Positions 53,518-63,368 of a DNA stretch of 64,000 nucleotides are shown one piece after another (position 1 is the first letter of the stretch; every line of letters starts with the position of its first letter). Under the pieces are notes generated by a model that was given only the letters and a program-made list of their open reading frames with translations, made no database searches and was not told the DNA's origin. A program made the position numbers and the translations under genes. Source of the stretch: Polyangiales bacterium (GTDB lineage Bacteria; Myxococcota_A; Polyangia; Polyangiales; Polyangiaceae); the NCBI GenBank assembly GCA_038230375.1, contig JBBRNJ010000006.1, positions 32,001 through 96,000 on the forward strand. Reading direction: 5' to 3'.

Positions 53518-54902
53518 GTCGCGCCTCTCAGCGACTCTCCGCGCGCGAAGCTGCTGACGGCGTCGTGCAGCACGCGCACGCCCCAGCGCAGGCCGTCGAC
53601 CGGAACGCGCTCGTCGTTGCCGTGGTACATCTTCGAGAACACGATGTCGTGTGTAGGGTCGAACTTCACCGGCGAGAACCCGTAGCACTTGGTCCCGATT
53701 CGCGCGTAGGCCTTCGCGTCGGTGAAGCCCGGGATCATGTACGGGATGGGGTGCCCAGCCGGATCGTGCTTCCGCAAGATGTTTGCAAGATGCACGTACA
53801 TCTCGCTGTCCGTGGTCGTCTCCACCGGCGGCGCGGAGTTGAAGACCGTGAGGGTCGCGTCCTCCTGCATCACGTCGCGCAGCTCCGACAGGAACGAGGC
53901 CTCCGTCTGCCCAGGCAGCGTTCGCCCGTCAATTTCCAGGGTTCCCGTGCTCGGGATGACGTTCACCTTTGCGCCCGCGCGCGCCACCGTGGGCGACGCC
54001 GTGTTGGACAGCAGCGGCGAGAACGTGCGCTTCATGGCAGGGTCGCGCAGCACGTGGCGGATCAGGAACGCCGCCACCTCGGTCTTCTTCAGCCGGGACA
54101 CAAGCTGCTTCTGGGGCGACGGAAGCGCGCGCGCGATCTCCTCGAAGAAGGTGCTCACCACCTTGGTCGGGTGCACGGGAAAGTGCTTCTTGCCCAGCCG
54201 CTCGATCGCGCGACCAAGCTTCACCACGGAGCTGTTGCGATCCGGCATGGAGCCGTGGCCGGTGTCGCCCGAGAACGTGGCGCGCACCCAGACCGTGCCC
54301 TTCTCGGCCACCTGGATTGGATAGAACGTGCGCCCCAGCATGTGCTGCGAGAACGCACCGATCTCGCCAAGCATGTATTCTGCACGTATCAGATCGGCGT
54401 GGTCATCCACCAGGAAGTGCGCGCCCAGCTTGCAGCCCGCCTCTTCATCCGCGACCCCTGCGAAGATGACGTCGCGCTCGAGCGGCTTGCCGGCGTCTGC
54501 GTTCGCCTGCAGGAGCCGCATCACGCACGCGCTCATGGCCGCCATGTGCTTCATGTCGATGGTGCCGCGGCCCCATAGATAGCCATCGTGGATCTCACCG
54601 GCGAACGGCGGGTGCTTCCACCGTGTCTCGTCGGCCTCCACCACGTCCAGGTGCGCGTTGAGCAGGATCGGCGGCTTCTTCCCGGTCCCGCGCACGCGCG
54701 CGACGACGGACGTTCGTCCCTTCTCCTTCTCCAGGAGGGTCGGCTCCATGCCCGCGCTCGTGAAATACTCGGCCAGGAGCTCCGCCGCGGGGCGCTCGTT
54801 TCCGTCCCCTTCACCGCGCGTCCCGCGGTTCACGGTGGGGATCCGGATGAGGTCGGAGAGGAGCGAAACGCACGCATCCCCCTCCTTTTCCCAGTCGATC
54901 AT
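53514..54902 (-). CDS. M20/M25/M40 family metallo-hydrolase
   Basis: HLDVV, WGRGTIDMK, DEEAG, GHGSMP, GFTDA and HGNDER motifs. Confidence 0.9.
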   Translation of the reverse strand: MIDWEKEGDACVSLLSDLIRIPTVNRGTRGEGDGNERPAAELLAEYFTSAGMEPTLLEKEKGRTSVVARVRGTGKKPPILLNAHLDVVEADETRWKHPPFAGEIHDGYLWGRGTIDMKHMAAMSACVMRLLQANADAGKPLERDVIFAGVADEEAGCKLGAHFLVDDHADLIRAEYMLGEIGAFSQHMLGRTFYPIQVAEKGTVWVRATFSGDTGHGSMPDRNSSVVKLGRAIERLGKKHFPVHPTKVVSTFFEEIARALPSPQKQLVSRLKKTEVAAFLIRHVLRDPAMKRTFSPLLSNTASPTVARAGAKVNVIPSTGTLEIDGRTLPGQTEASFLSELRDVMQEDATLTVFNSAPPVETTTDSEMYVHLANILRKHDPAGHPIPYMIPGFTDAKAYARIGTKCYGFSPVKFDPTHDIVFSKMYHGNDERVPVDGLRWGVRVLHDAVSSFARGESLRGAT

Positions 54903-55013
54903 GGGCGCACCCTAACGCAATTTGCGTTTCTTCGCGTTCCGGAGCAACTTCTCCCCCGGGCGGCCGATGGGCGTCCTGGAAGACGACTTCCCATTCGCTT
55001 GACTGGAGGCCTC

Positions 55014-56213
55014 GTGAGCACCGCATCCACCGCCGCAACCGTCCTTGGTCTTGCCAGTGTCCTGGCATTCATCGCCCTCACCCCCATGGGTTGCAAGGAC
55101 GACCTCCTTGCCCTTGACGACGCAGGCGCCGCCGACGCTGGTCACGACGCGAAGTTCGACGCAGGGCTCCCCATGCTCCCGTTCGCGGCCGCGAACCTGT
55201 CCCCGAAGTTCTTCTTCAACAGCGTGGCTGACATCACCGTCGCTGGCGATTGCGTGATCGACACGGACATGGGCACGTCCTCGTGCTGGGACTTCGACAC
55301 GGTCACCTTCCAGACGGAGCAGCAGTACGCACCGGAGGCCGGTGTGACCTCTCTCCCGGGGCTTGCGGTCTTCTCCATGGGATCGCTCGACGTGTCGCAG
55401 GACGCGCAGGTGAAGGTGGTGGGCGCGCGCGCGCTCGTGCTGGTCACGTTGAACAAGATGACCATCTCGGGAACGATCGACGTGTCCGCGAGCGACACCA
55501 CTGGCGGGTCAGGCGGCTTCAGCGGCGAGAAGAACCCGAACAGCGCAGGCCGCGGCTTCGGTCCCGGCGGCGCACCCGACTCCGTGGCCCATCAGGGTGG
55601 CGGGGGCGGCTCGCTCTGCGGCAACGGCGGAAACAAGACCGGGGGAAAGCCTGCGTACCTGTCGACCATCATGCCTCCGCTCGTCGGCGGCTCATCGGGA
55701 GGCAGCGGGTTCGCGAGCGGTGGCGGCGGCGGCGGCGCGATCGAGCTTGTCTGCGGCAACATTCTCACGCTCAACAAGCAGTCGCTCATTCGCGCGAACG
55801 GCGCCGGCGCTGCGTTCGGTGGCGGTGGTGGTGGCTCGGGTGGTGCGATCCTCATCGACACGTTCGCCATGAACGAGTTCGGTCCCTGTATCGCCAACGG
55901 CGGCGGCGGCGGCGCAAACACCTCCTCGGGAGATGTCACCATCGCCCAGGGCGCGCCGGGCAGCGACACCACGACGCCTGCACCAGGTGGCAAGGGCGAG
56001 AACGCGGGCGGCGCTGGAACCGGCGGTGCGATGTCGGTCGGCGGCGATGGCGTCTACGACACGCCGACTCCCGGAGCCACGCTGGGTGACTACAGTGGCG
56101 GCGGCGGTGGCGGCGCGGGCCTCATCCACGTGCGCTTCCGCCAGGCCGGCAACGCGCCTGGGCCCGCATCCCCGAACGCGAGCCCCTGTTACGTACGCGA
56201 GCTCGCAAAGTGA
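55014..56213 (+). CDS. Gly-rich surface lipoprotein
   Basis: Signal ending PMGC; repeated GGGGGGAI and GGGSGGAILI motifs. GTG start inferred. Confidence 0.7.
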   Translation: MSTASTAATVLGLASVLAFIALTPMGCKDDLLALDDAGAADAGHDAKFDAGLPMLPFAAANLSPKFFFNSVADITVAGDCVIDTDMGTSSCWDFDTVTFQTEQQYAPEAGVTSLPGLAVFSMGSLDVSQDAQVKVVGARALVLVTLNKMTISGTIDVSASDTTGGSGGFSGEKNPNSAGRGFGPGGAPDSVAHQGGGGGSLCGNGGNKTGGKPAYLSTIMPPLVGGSSGGSGFASGGGGGGAIELVCGNILTLNKQSLIRANGAGAAFGGGGGGSGGAILIDTFAMNEFGPCIANGGGGGANTSSGDVTIAQGAPGSDTTTPAPGGKGENAGGAGTGGAMSVGGDGVYDTPTPGATLGDYSGGGGGGAGLIHVRFRQAGNAPGPASPNASPCYVRELAK

Positions 56214-56217
56214 ACGC

Positions 56218-57099
56218 GTGAGCGTCACGCGGAGCGCCAAGCAGATCGCATCGTGCTCGCGGGGGTTGCTCGATCGCAATCTCGCATCGCCAGCATCACT
56301 CATCGTCTGCATCTGCAAGGACGACGCGGAGACGCGCGGGGCGTGGTCGCACACATCAGGCTTTGCGCGCGGCGGCGGAGGCGGCCCGATCTCACTCGGG
56401 CGCGGAAGTGTGTATGTTGCACTTGTTTTGCAGCACGCTGCGGCGCTGATCCCGGACGCCGACCCGCCGCGCATCGTGAACCGCCACGTGAGGCCGCTCC
56501 TTGGCGCGCTGGGAAAACTGGGCGTTCCATCGATGTACGGAGGCCGAGATTTCATCGCGAGCCGCAAGTCCCCCATCGCCTGGGTGGGCTTCCAGCACTC
56601 GGTGGACACGGGCCGCGCCGCCTTCGAAGCCATCATCGGCGTCGACTCGCCGATCGCAAGAGCCCCCCGCCGATCGTTCCTCGACCGGGTCCCCAGAAGC
56701 CTCCAAGATCTGGGTTGCAAGGCCGACGCGCAGACGATCGCGAACAGAATCGAAGCGGCCTACGTCGAGGTCGGGGCGAAGGCGGAGGTCAAAGTCGAGG
56801 TCGAGGTCGGTGTCGAAGTCGAAGTTGAAGTCGAAGTCGAGGTCGAGGTCGAGGTCGAAGCCGAGGTCGAAGTCGAAGTCGAAGTCGGTGTCGTCGGCGC
56901 GCGCCGTGTCGCAGGCCTCATCACCGTCTACGGCGATTTTTACGCCTCCCGCGAGCTCGTCCCTCGCATCCACGCTGGCCTCGCTTCGGGCCTCCCGGTC
57001 GACGACTGTCTTGCGCAGGCCGTCTCCGGTGCGGTCCTCTTCGGACTGCCTTCGACTGAGCCGCTGGCCCGCGTGATCACCGCTGCGCTGCGCCGTTGA
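56218..57099 (+). CDS. Divergent lipoate-protein ligase (LplA)-like protein with (VE)n insert
   Basis: ARGGGGGPISLGRGSVYVAL resembles RRxSGGGAV; C-terminal ITVYGDFY. Confidence 0.5.
   Translation: MSVTRSAKQIASCSRGLLDRNLASPASLIVCICKDDAETRGAWSHTSGFARGGGGGPISLGRGSVYVALVLQHAAALIPDADPPRIVNRHVRPLLGALGKLGVPSMYGGRDFIASRKSPIAWVGFQHSVDTGRAAFEAIIGVDSPIARAPRRSFLDRVPRSLQDLGCKADAQTIANRIEAAYVEVGAKAEVKVEVEVGVEVEVEVEVEVEVEVEAEVEVEVEVGVVGARRVAGLITVYGDFYASRELVPRIHAGLASGLPVDDCLAQAVSGAVLFGLPSTEPLARVITAALRR
56785..56890 (+). repeat. In-frame (GTCGAR)n hexamer repeat encoding (VE)n
   Basis: Imperfect GTCGAA/GTCGAG run inside the LplA-like ORF. Confidence 0.9.
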
Positions 57100-57745
57100 G
57101 CCGCGTGAAGAGCTGCTCGTCCAGCGCCTTCAGGGAGTGAAGGGTGGCATCGCAGAACGAGAACCTCGCGTGCTCTGCGTGCGCCTCTGGCACCGCGATC
57201 ACCTTCATGCGCGCGGCCTTCGCTGCGATGCACCCGTTCATGGAGTCCTCGAGCGCCAGGCACCTCTCCGGCGCCACGCCCAGCTTCGCGGCAGTCGTGA
57301 GGTAGACCGCAGGGTGCGGCTTGCCGTGGCTCTCGCCCTCTGCCGAGATCACCGCGCGCATCCGCCCCGTGAGCTGCAGCTTTGCCAGCGCGGCGTCGAT
57401 CACCGTCATCGGCGACGACGAGCAGAGCGCGATCGGAAGACCGCGCACCTTGAAGAACGCGAGCGCGTCCGGCACGCCAGGGAGCGGCTCCGCGTGCGCT
57501 GTGATGAGCTCCGCAACGCGCGTCGCGATCGCGGTCACCACGGCCGGTTGCGACTTGCCGCTCCACGGCGTGCGCAAGAACCAGTGCTCCACCACGGCGT
57601 CCAGCCGCAGGCCAGTCGTCTCCATGCACATCGCGTCGGTGAGCGTGACGCCCACGTCCGCGAAGACCTCCGTCTCGGCGCGCCGCCAGAACGGCTCGGA
57701 GTCAATGAGCAAGCCATCCAGGTCGAAGATGACCGCCTCGATCAT
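57077..57745 (-). CDS. HAD phosphatase, HxpB/YniC-like
   Basis: FDLDGLLIDSEPFW, GKPHPAVY and LEDSMNG motifs. Confidence 0.9.
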   Translation of the reverse strand: MIEAVIFDLDGLLIDSEPFWRRAETEVFADVGVTLTDAMCMETTGLRLDAVVEHWFLRTPWSGKSQPAVVTAIATRVAELITAHAEPLPGVPDALAFFKVRGLPIALCSSSPMTVIDAALAKLQLTGRMRAVISAEGESHGKPHPAVYLTTAAKLGVAPERCLALEDSMNGCIAAKAARMKVIAVPEAHAEHARFSFCDATLHSLKALDEQLFTRLNGAAQR

Positions 57746-59334
57746 CAGAACCGCGCCTGCAACACGAAGGACCCAAGGTGAATGTGCTTGCCCGCGGCCG
57801 TCCCACCCTGCGCATGGACGTTGTCCGTCGCGTAGTCGTACTCCGCCATGAGCTGCAGACCCTTCGTGAAATGCGCAACGCCCAGCAATCCCCAGGTCTC
57901 ACGTGCGTTCTGGCCGAACGCCAGATCGGGGGTGTACATGTCGTAGCGTAGGCCGGCCGTCGCCCAGTGCGTGATGTCCTGCTCCAGACGAATGAAGAGC
58001 GAGAGCTCCTTGCAGGCCTCGCCCGCGCGATTGCCGCACGCGGCGGCGGTGTTGATGTTGGTCTGGATCTGCGGCACCGCGAACGCGTACTTCGTGCCGC
58101 GATCCATGTTCTCACCGTAGGTGACCTCTCCGAAGACCTTGGTCGGCCCGAGCTTCTCGGACAGCGTCTTGTGGAACGCGGCCTCCCCGTTCACGGCCCA
58201 TCGCGTGAACTGCTTGAACGCAAGGTTCTTTGCGTCCACGTTCTGTCCCGTGCCCCAGTATCCGGACGCGCCCACGTCGAACGCACCGGCGTCGTAGTTC
58301 ACGCGACCAGAGAGATCCTTGCCGTGGTTGAGATCGGGAACGACGGCGAACGTCTTCTCGCCGATGGTGATGCCGTTGAGGACCGCCGCGTGCGCGGTGA
58401 GCTTCGAATCCAGCGCTATCAGCTTCGTCCGCGCGCCCGTGTCGAACTCTCCCGGGAACATGTTCTGCTCGCCCCAGCTGCGCTCGATGTAGGGGCGGTC
58501 GGCGTCGTTCTGCATGACCTCGAAGCCGAACGGGACCTTGAAGATGCCCATCGCAAACTCCTGCGTGAGCGTGGGCGTGTACCTTGCGATTCCGACGGCC
58601 TCGATCGTGCGCGCGATCGTGCCGGAGCCCGGAATCGACCCGCCCGAGAGGTTCGGATCGAAGTCGAACGTGAGCCGCATGTACTCCGTCGCGTACTCCG
58701 TCACGAGCCGCGTCCGACGAATGCGGAAGAACGTTCCGTTCGTGGTCGTGCCGTCTGCCTTCGCGGTCACTTGATTCGCGGAGACTCCTGCGGGCAGCTT
58801 TCCGCCCGTCGCGTTCGGGGATGCGGCGTCGTCGAAGGACTGGATGAGCAGCTGCGGCTGAACGTAGCCGCGGAACCGGAGGTTCTTGAGATAGCCGACC
58901 TTCTCGTCGAGCGCGTGCATGCGCGCCTCCGTCTCCATGAGGCGCTCCTCCAGCCCGCGATGTGCCGCGTCCGTATCGACGCGCGGTGGCGCAACGGGAA
59001 CAATCGGTGGCAGCGCCTGCGCCGGCATGTTTGGCGGAGGCATCAGCAGCGTTCCGCTGGTCGAGGTCGGCGTATTGGACGGGTCCGTTCCTGAAGCAGC
59101 CGCGGTGGGAGGCGCCGCGGGAGGTGCCGCGGGAGGTGCCGCGGGAGGCGCGGGGATCGGCGCGGGATCGGCGGCCTCGCCAGGCGTTGGCTCCTTCGGC
59201 TTGGCCTTGGGCTTCGAGGGCGCTGTGGGAGCTGCGGTCGGGCCAGGCTTGGGCGGGGTGTCAGCCGCGCGCGCTTGCGCCCCGAAGGTGAGCGCGGCGC
59301 ATGCAAGGAGCGAGAACGGAATCACGCGTGCCAT
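57745..59334 (-). CDS. Outer-membrane porin (OprO/OprP-like)
   Basis: Signal peptide, Pro-rich linker, FRGYVQ, FRIRRTRL, GIFKVPFGFE and C-terminal QARF. Confidence 0.75.
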   Translation of the reverse strand: MARVIPFSLLACAALTFGAQARAADTPPKPGPTAAPTAPSKPKAKPKEPTPGEAADPAPIPAPPAAPPAAPPAAPPTAAASGTDPSNTPTSTSGTLLMPPPNMPAQALPPIVPVAPPRVDTDAAHRGLEERLMETEARMHALDEKVGYLKNLRFRGYVQPQLLIQSFDDAASPNATGGKLPAGVSANQVTAKADGTTTNGTFFRIRRTRLVTEYATEYMRLTFDFDPNLSGGSIPGSGTIARTIEAVGIARYTPTLTQEFAMGIFKVPFGFEVMQNDADRPYIERSWGEQNMFPGEFDTGARTKLIALDSKLTAHAAVLNGITIGEKTFAVVPDLNHGKDLSGRVNYDAGAFDVGASGYWGTGQNVDAKNLAFKQFTRWAVNGEAAFHKTLSEKLGPTKVFGEVTYGENMDRGTKYAFAVPQIQTNINTAAACGNRAGEACKELSLFIRLEQDITHWATAGLRYDMYTPDLAFGQNARETWGLLGVAHFTKGLQLMAEYDYATDNVHAQGGTAAGKHIHLGSFVLQARF

Positions 59335-59397
59335 GGGCCGGCATTCAATCCGTCTTCTGGGGGCAGAGCAACCAAAAGGCTCGGCGTCACACAGTCG

Positions 59398-61329
59398 TTA
59401 CGCCTTGGTCTCCCAGACGCGTGCTTCCTTGAAGATGCGCACGAGCTCCGGGTCCAGGTGCTGATCCTTCACGCCGTAGTCCAGGATGTCGAGCGCGCGC
59501 TCCACCGGAACGGCCTTCTTGTAAGGGCGATCGCTGGCGGTCAGCGCGTCGTAGATGTCCGCGATGCTCATCATCTTCGCCTGCACGGGGATCTCCTCCG
59601 CGCGCAAGCGGTGCGGATAGCCGGTGCCGTTCAAACGCTCGTGGTGTGCGCCGGCGATATGCGGCACGCGACTCAGCGCCTTGCCCCACGGGATCCGCGA
59701 GAGGAACTTGAACGTGTGCGAGACGTGCCCGGTGATCTCCTCGTACTCCTTTGGCGTGAGTGAGCCGCGCTTCACGGAGAGCGCGTCCACCTCGTCCGCC
59801 TCCAGGAGCTTGCGGGTCTCGCCGCGAAGGTCGAAGTAGGTCTCCTTCGCGAGCTGCTCGATCACCGCGAAATCACCGGCCGCGAGCACGGTCGGCTCGT
59901 TCGCGTTCGCCACGGCAAGGATCGCCGCGTCGATCTCCGCCTTGCGCTCGATCCACTCCTTGTCGAGCGCGTCCAGATCGGCCTTGGGCGCGCCGCGCTC
60001 GATCGCCGCGAGCTTGCGACGCAGGACGTCCGCCTCGATGGTGCGGAGCACGAAGTCGAAGCGCGCGGTGATGAGCTGCAGCGACTCGTCGTAGAGCTTC
60101 TTCGCCTTGATGAGCACCTTCTCGCGCACGCCGATCTTCCCGAAGTCGTGGAGCAGGCTCGCGTACTCCAGCTCGCGCAGGTCCTCGCGCGAGAAGCGAG
60201 CGTCCTTGTACGGCCCTCCCGTACCTGCATCGACGACCTTCGCAAGACCGACAGTGAGATCCGCGACGCGGCGCGAGTGACCGCTCGTGGTCGGATCGCG
60301 TGACTCGATCGCCTCGACGCTGGCCTTCACGAAGCCCTCGAACAGGTTCTGGATCTCTGCGTAGAGCGTGGCGTTCTCCAGCGAGACACCTGCCTGTGCG
60401 GCCACCATGCCGAGGAGCTCTTCGCTGCGCTCGTCGAAGGGGACGACCAGCGCCTCCACGTCCTCGCGGGTGAAGAGCTTCTTCTCAGGGTCACGCTTCT
60501 TGTTGATCAGCTGGATGATGCCGATGACCTCGTCGCGCTGCGAGATGAGCGGGACGGTGAGCATGCTCTGCGTGCGATAGCCCGTGCGCTCGTCGAAGCT
60601 GCGGTCGTAGCTGAACGGCGAGCCGGCCGGCAGCGCGTGCACGTCGGACAGGTTCAGGTGCTTCTTGTTCAGGACCACGCTGCCCGCGATCGAGCGGTTC
60701 GAGACGGGCATCGTGAACTCGTGCGAGTCGAAGCGCATGCTGTCGTTCTGGGACAGCTTGAAGCGAAGGAGCTGTGAGTTGCCCTCTCCCTCCACCACGT
60801 AGATGCTGCCGGCGTCGGCGCCCGTGACGAAGCGGCTCTTCTCGAGGATGACGCTGAGGAGCTTGTCCACGTCGCGCTCGGTCGTCATCGCGCGCGCGAT
60901 GTTGATCAGCTCGCCGAGCTCGTAGCGATACTTTCGCAGCCATTTTCCGCGGCTCTCGGCGCGTCCCTTCGCCTCCAGGAGCTCGAAGCTGCGCGTGAGC
61001 GTGAGGAAGATCTCGTCGTCCGATGCGGCCTCGTGGAGGATGCTCGCAAGGCCGCGGTTCACGGCCTGCGCGACGTCGGTGTCCGCGGGCGTGCCGAACA
61101 GCACCACCAGCGCCGTGGACTCCGCGAAGCGCTCCGTGAATGGACGGAACACGTCGCGGCCCTTGTCCCAGATGGACCCGGCCGTGAGCAGCACGATGTT
61201 GTCGTCGCGGGTCACGCCAAGGAGGAGCGGATGTGGGCGGGTGACGATGTCCCCCGAGAGCCGTGCGTCCCTCCGAAGGCGCTCCTCGAGCGCATCGAGC
61301 ATCGCGAGCGGATCTTGCCGGTCACCCAT
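59398..61329 (-). CDS. GAF + HD-GYP cyclic dinucleotide phosphodiesterase
   Basis: GAF YRTQSMLTVPL..IQLINK; TSGHSRRV; LHDFGKIG; HHERLNGTGYP; ADIYDALT..RPYK. Confidence 0.9.
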   Translation of the reverse strand: MGDRQDPLAMLDALEERLRRDARLSGDIVTRPHPLLLGVTRDDNIVLLTAGSIWDKGRDVFRPFTERFAESTALVVLFGTPADTDVAQAVNRGLASILHEAASDDEIFLTLTRSFELLEAKGRAESRGKWLRKYRYELGELINIARAMTTERDVDKLLSVILEKSRFVTGADAGSIYVVEGEGNSQLLRFKLSQNDSMRFDSHEFTMPVSNRSIAGSVVLNKKHLNLSDVHALPAGSPFSYDRSFDERTGYRTQSMLTVPLISQRDEVIGIIQLINKKRDPEKKLFTREDVEALVVPFDERSEELLGMVAAQAGVSLENATLYAEIQNLFEGFVKASVEAIESRDPTTSGHSRRVADLTVGLAKVVDAGTGGPYKDARFSREDLRELEYASLLHDFGKIGVREKVLIKAKKLYDESLQLITARFDFVLRTIEADVLRRKLAAIERGAPKADLDALDKEWIERKAEIDAAILAVANANEPTVLAAGDFAVIEQLAKETYFDLRGETRKLLEADEVDALSVKRGSLTPKEYEEITGHVSHTFKFLSRIPWGKALSRVPHIAGAHHERLNGTGYPHRLRAEEIPVQAKMMSIADIYDALTASDRPYKKAVPVERALDILDYGVKDQHLDPELVRIFKEARVWETKA

Positions 61330-61446
61330 CGCCACCAAACGTACCAGGTTCGCAACGGCAGCGCCTACGCGAGAAACGGAAAGGCCCGCTCGGGAGTGCT
61401 CTTCTCCCGGCGGGCCTCTCACATGTTCAGAAGGCGAACGCGCGGG

Positions 61447-62403
61447 TCAGGGCTTGCCCCCAAACTTCTGCCACTTCTTGAAGAGCGGATCGTTGAGCAG
61501 CTTGTAGAGCTGCGTGAGGTCCGCCTGGATTGCCTGGGCTTGCCCGCTTGCCTTCGGCGTCTTCGCCTTCGCCTGGCCTGGCGATGTCGCGCCCTTCTCG
61601 AGCATCTTGATCAGCTTCTCGAGGAGCTTCTGGAGCGCCGCGCCCGACTGACCGCCGGCCGCCGGCTTTCCGCCGCCTGCGCCGCCGCCGCTGGGCTTTC
61701 CGCCGCCCTTGCCTCCGGCGGGCTTGCCGGTGGGCTTGCCTCCGGTGGGCTTTCCGCCGTTGCCTGAAGGAGTGTTGTTGCCGCACTTGCAGGGATCGCT
61801 GCCCGCGTCCATGCCGCCCATCATCGGCGTCGGGGGCGTGGGGGTGTCCGGTCCGGCGTCCACCTCGTCCGGTCCGGCGTCCTCGTCCGGCCCGGCGTCG
61901 TTCTCGTCGATCGGGTTGAGATCGTCGTCCATCCCGTTCAGGTCGTCGTCCATGTTGTTCAGGTCGTCGTCCATGTTGTCGAGGTCGGGATCGGTGGTGC
62001 CGGGATCGGCAGCTTCGCCAGTGCCGCCGTTCTCTCCTCCCCCGGCGTTGCCATTGGCGCCTCCGTTCCCGCCCGTGTTCTTCACCGCGACAGCGCCGGT
62101 GCCGTTGTGATCGGCGATGGCCTGCTCCATGAGCGCTTCCATCTCGTCGACGGCGCGCTGCTGGATCTTGGCGATCTTCACGAGCCTATGTCCTGGCGCC
62201 ACCATCGACGCATCACCATGCGACTCCGCCTGCAGCTGATCACGAAGCGCGACCGCATCCGCAACGGCCTGCGCCGCTGCCAGCTTGAGCGGCGCCACCG
62301 TGCTCACCGGATCACTGGGCGCACCCGCAGAGGAGTCTCCCCCGCTGCATGCCACCACCATCAAGGAACCCACCAAATAAGCGATCGATTTAAGGTTTTT
62401 CAT
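61447..62403 (-). CDS. Low-complexity lipoprotein (acidic and GGKP repeats)
   Basis: Lipobox VVAC; MDDDLN x3, DAGPD x3 and GGKP repeats. Confidence 0.7.
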   Translation of the reverse strand: MKNLKSIAYLVGSLMVVACSGGDSSAGAPSDPVSTVAPLKLAAAQAVADAVALRDQLQAESHGDASMVAPGHRLVKIAKIQQRAVDEMEALMEQAIADHNGTGAVAVKNTGGNGGANGNAGGGENGGTGEAADPGTTDPDLDNMDDDLNNMDDDLNGMDDDLNPIDENDAGPDEDAGPDEVDAGPDTPTPPTPMMGGMDAGSDPCKCGNNTPSGNGGKPTGGKPTGKPAGGKGGGKPSGGGAGGGKPAAGGQSGAALQKLLEKLIKMLEKGATSPGQAKAKTPKASGQAQAIQADLTQLYKLLNDPLFKKWQKFGGKP

Positions 62404-62431
62404 TGGGATGAACCTCCGTTGACTTCTATTC

Positions 62432-62448
62432 AGCAAGAGGGCTGCCAA
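62432..62448 (-). promoter_or_regulatory. Putative sigma54 promoter
   Basis: Minus strand TTGGCAGCCCTCTTGCT (GG-N10-GC), followed by GGAGG SD and ATG 62403. Confidence 0.7.
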
Positions 62449-62600
62449 CGCCGCACGGGCAATTCAATGCAGCAACTGCGCGAATCCCATGCGTGAAGTC
62501 GTTGTGGGTAAAGGTCGCCTGGAACGCCACGCGGGATCCTCGGCGACCACCTCCGCGCCCCGTGTCGCGTCACTGAGACGTTTCTACTAGCTTCGGCCCC

Positions 62601-63245
62601 ATGAGTGACTCGCCGCTCCAGAAGATCCGGCTCGACTACGCCCGCGCGTCGCTCGACGTCGCGGATGTGTCCGCCGATCCCATCGCGCAGCTCACGCGCT
62701 GGATGAACGAGGCCATCGCCGCAGACGTCCCCGAGCCCACGGCGATGACGCTGGCCACAGCGAGCAAGGACGGCGTGCCCTCCGCGCGCATCGTGCTGTG
62801 CAAGGGCATCGACGGCAGCGGCCTCACGTTCTTCACGAACTACGAGAGCCACAAGGGCCGCGAGCTCCTCGCCAACCCGCGCGGCGCACTCGTCTTCTTC
62901 TGGAAGGAGCTGGAGCGACAGGTCCGCATCACCGGCACGACTGAGCGCGTCTCGCGCGACGAGTCCGAGGCGTACTACCGCACGCGTCCCATGGGCAATC
63001 GCATCGGAGCGTGGGCCTCCGCGCAGAGTGAGCCCGTAGCCTCGAGAGCGGAGCTGGAGTCGCGCTTCGCAAAAACCGAAGCAAGGTACGCCGCTGCCGA
63101 TCCACCGCTGCCAGACTTCTGGGGCGGCTACCGCCTGAGACCAGACATGATCGAGCTCTGGCAGGGCCGTCAGAGCCGCCTCCACGATCGCCTGCAATAT
63201 ACACGCAACGGGCAAACGTGGACCCTGACCCGCCTCTGCCCCTAG
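62601..63245 (+). CDS. pdxH: Pyridoxine/pyridoxamine 5'-phosphate oxidase
   Basis: EPTAMTLAT, PSARIVL, FFTNYES.KG, RQVRI, WGGYR and ELWQGRQSRLHDR. Confidence 0.95.
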   Translation: MSDSPLQKIRLDYARASLDVADVSADPIAQLTRWMNEAIAADVPEPTAMTLATASKDGVPSARIVLCKGIDGSGLTFFTNYESHKGRELLANPRGALVFFWKELERQVRITGTTERVSRDESEAYYRTRPMGNRIGAWASAQSEPVASRAELESRFAKTEARYAAADPPLPDFWGGYRLRPDMIELWQGRQSRLHDRLQYTRNGQTWTLTRLCP

Positions 63246-63261
63246 CAGTGTGTGGGTGGAG

Positions 63262-63345
63262 GTCGAAGTCGAGGTCGAGGTCGAGGTCGAGGTCGAGGTC
63301 GAGGTCGAAGTCGAAGTCGAAGTCGAGGTCGAGGTCGAGGTCGAG
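63262..63345. repeat. Intergenic (GTCGAR)14 microsatellite
   Basis: 14 consecutive GTCGAA/GTCGAG units between convergent genes, with degenerate flanking units. Confidence 0.95.
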
Positions 63346-63368
63346 GTCGTTGTCTAGGTCGGTCGAGG

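Noticed and set aside
63262..63345. CRISPR array (also considered for 52324-52365 and 56785-56890)
   Set aside because: These are short tandem units without unique spacers, and there are no cas genes.
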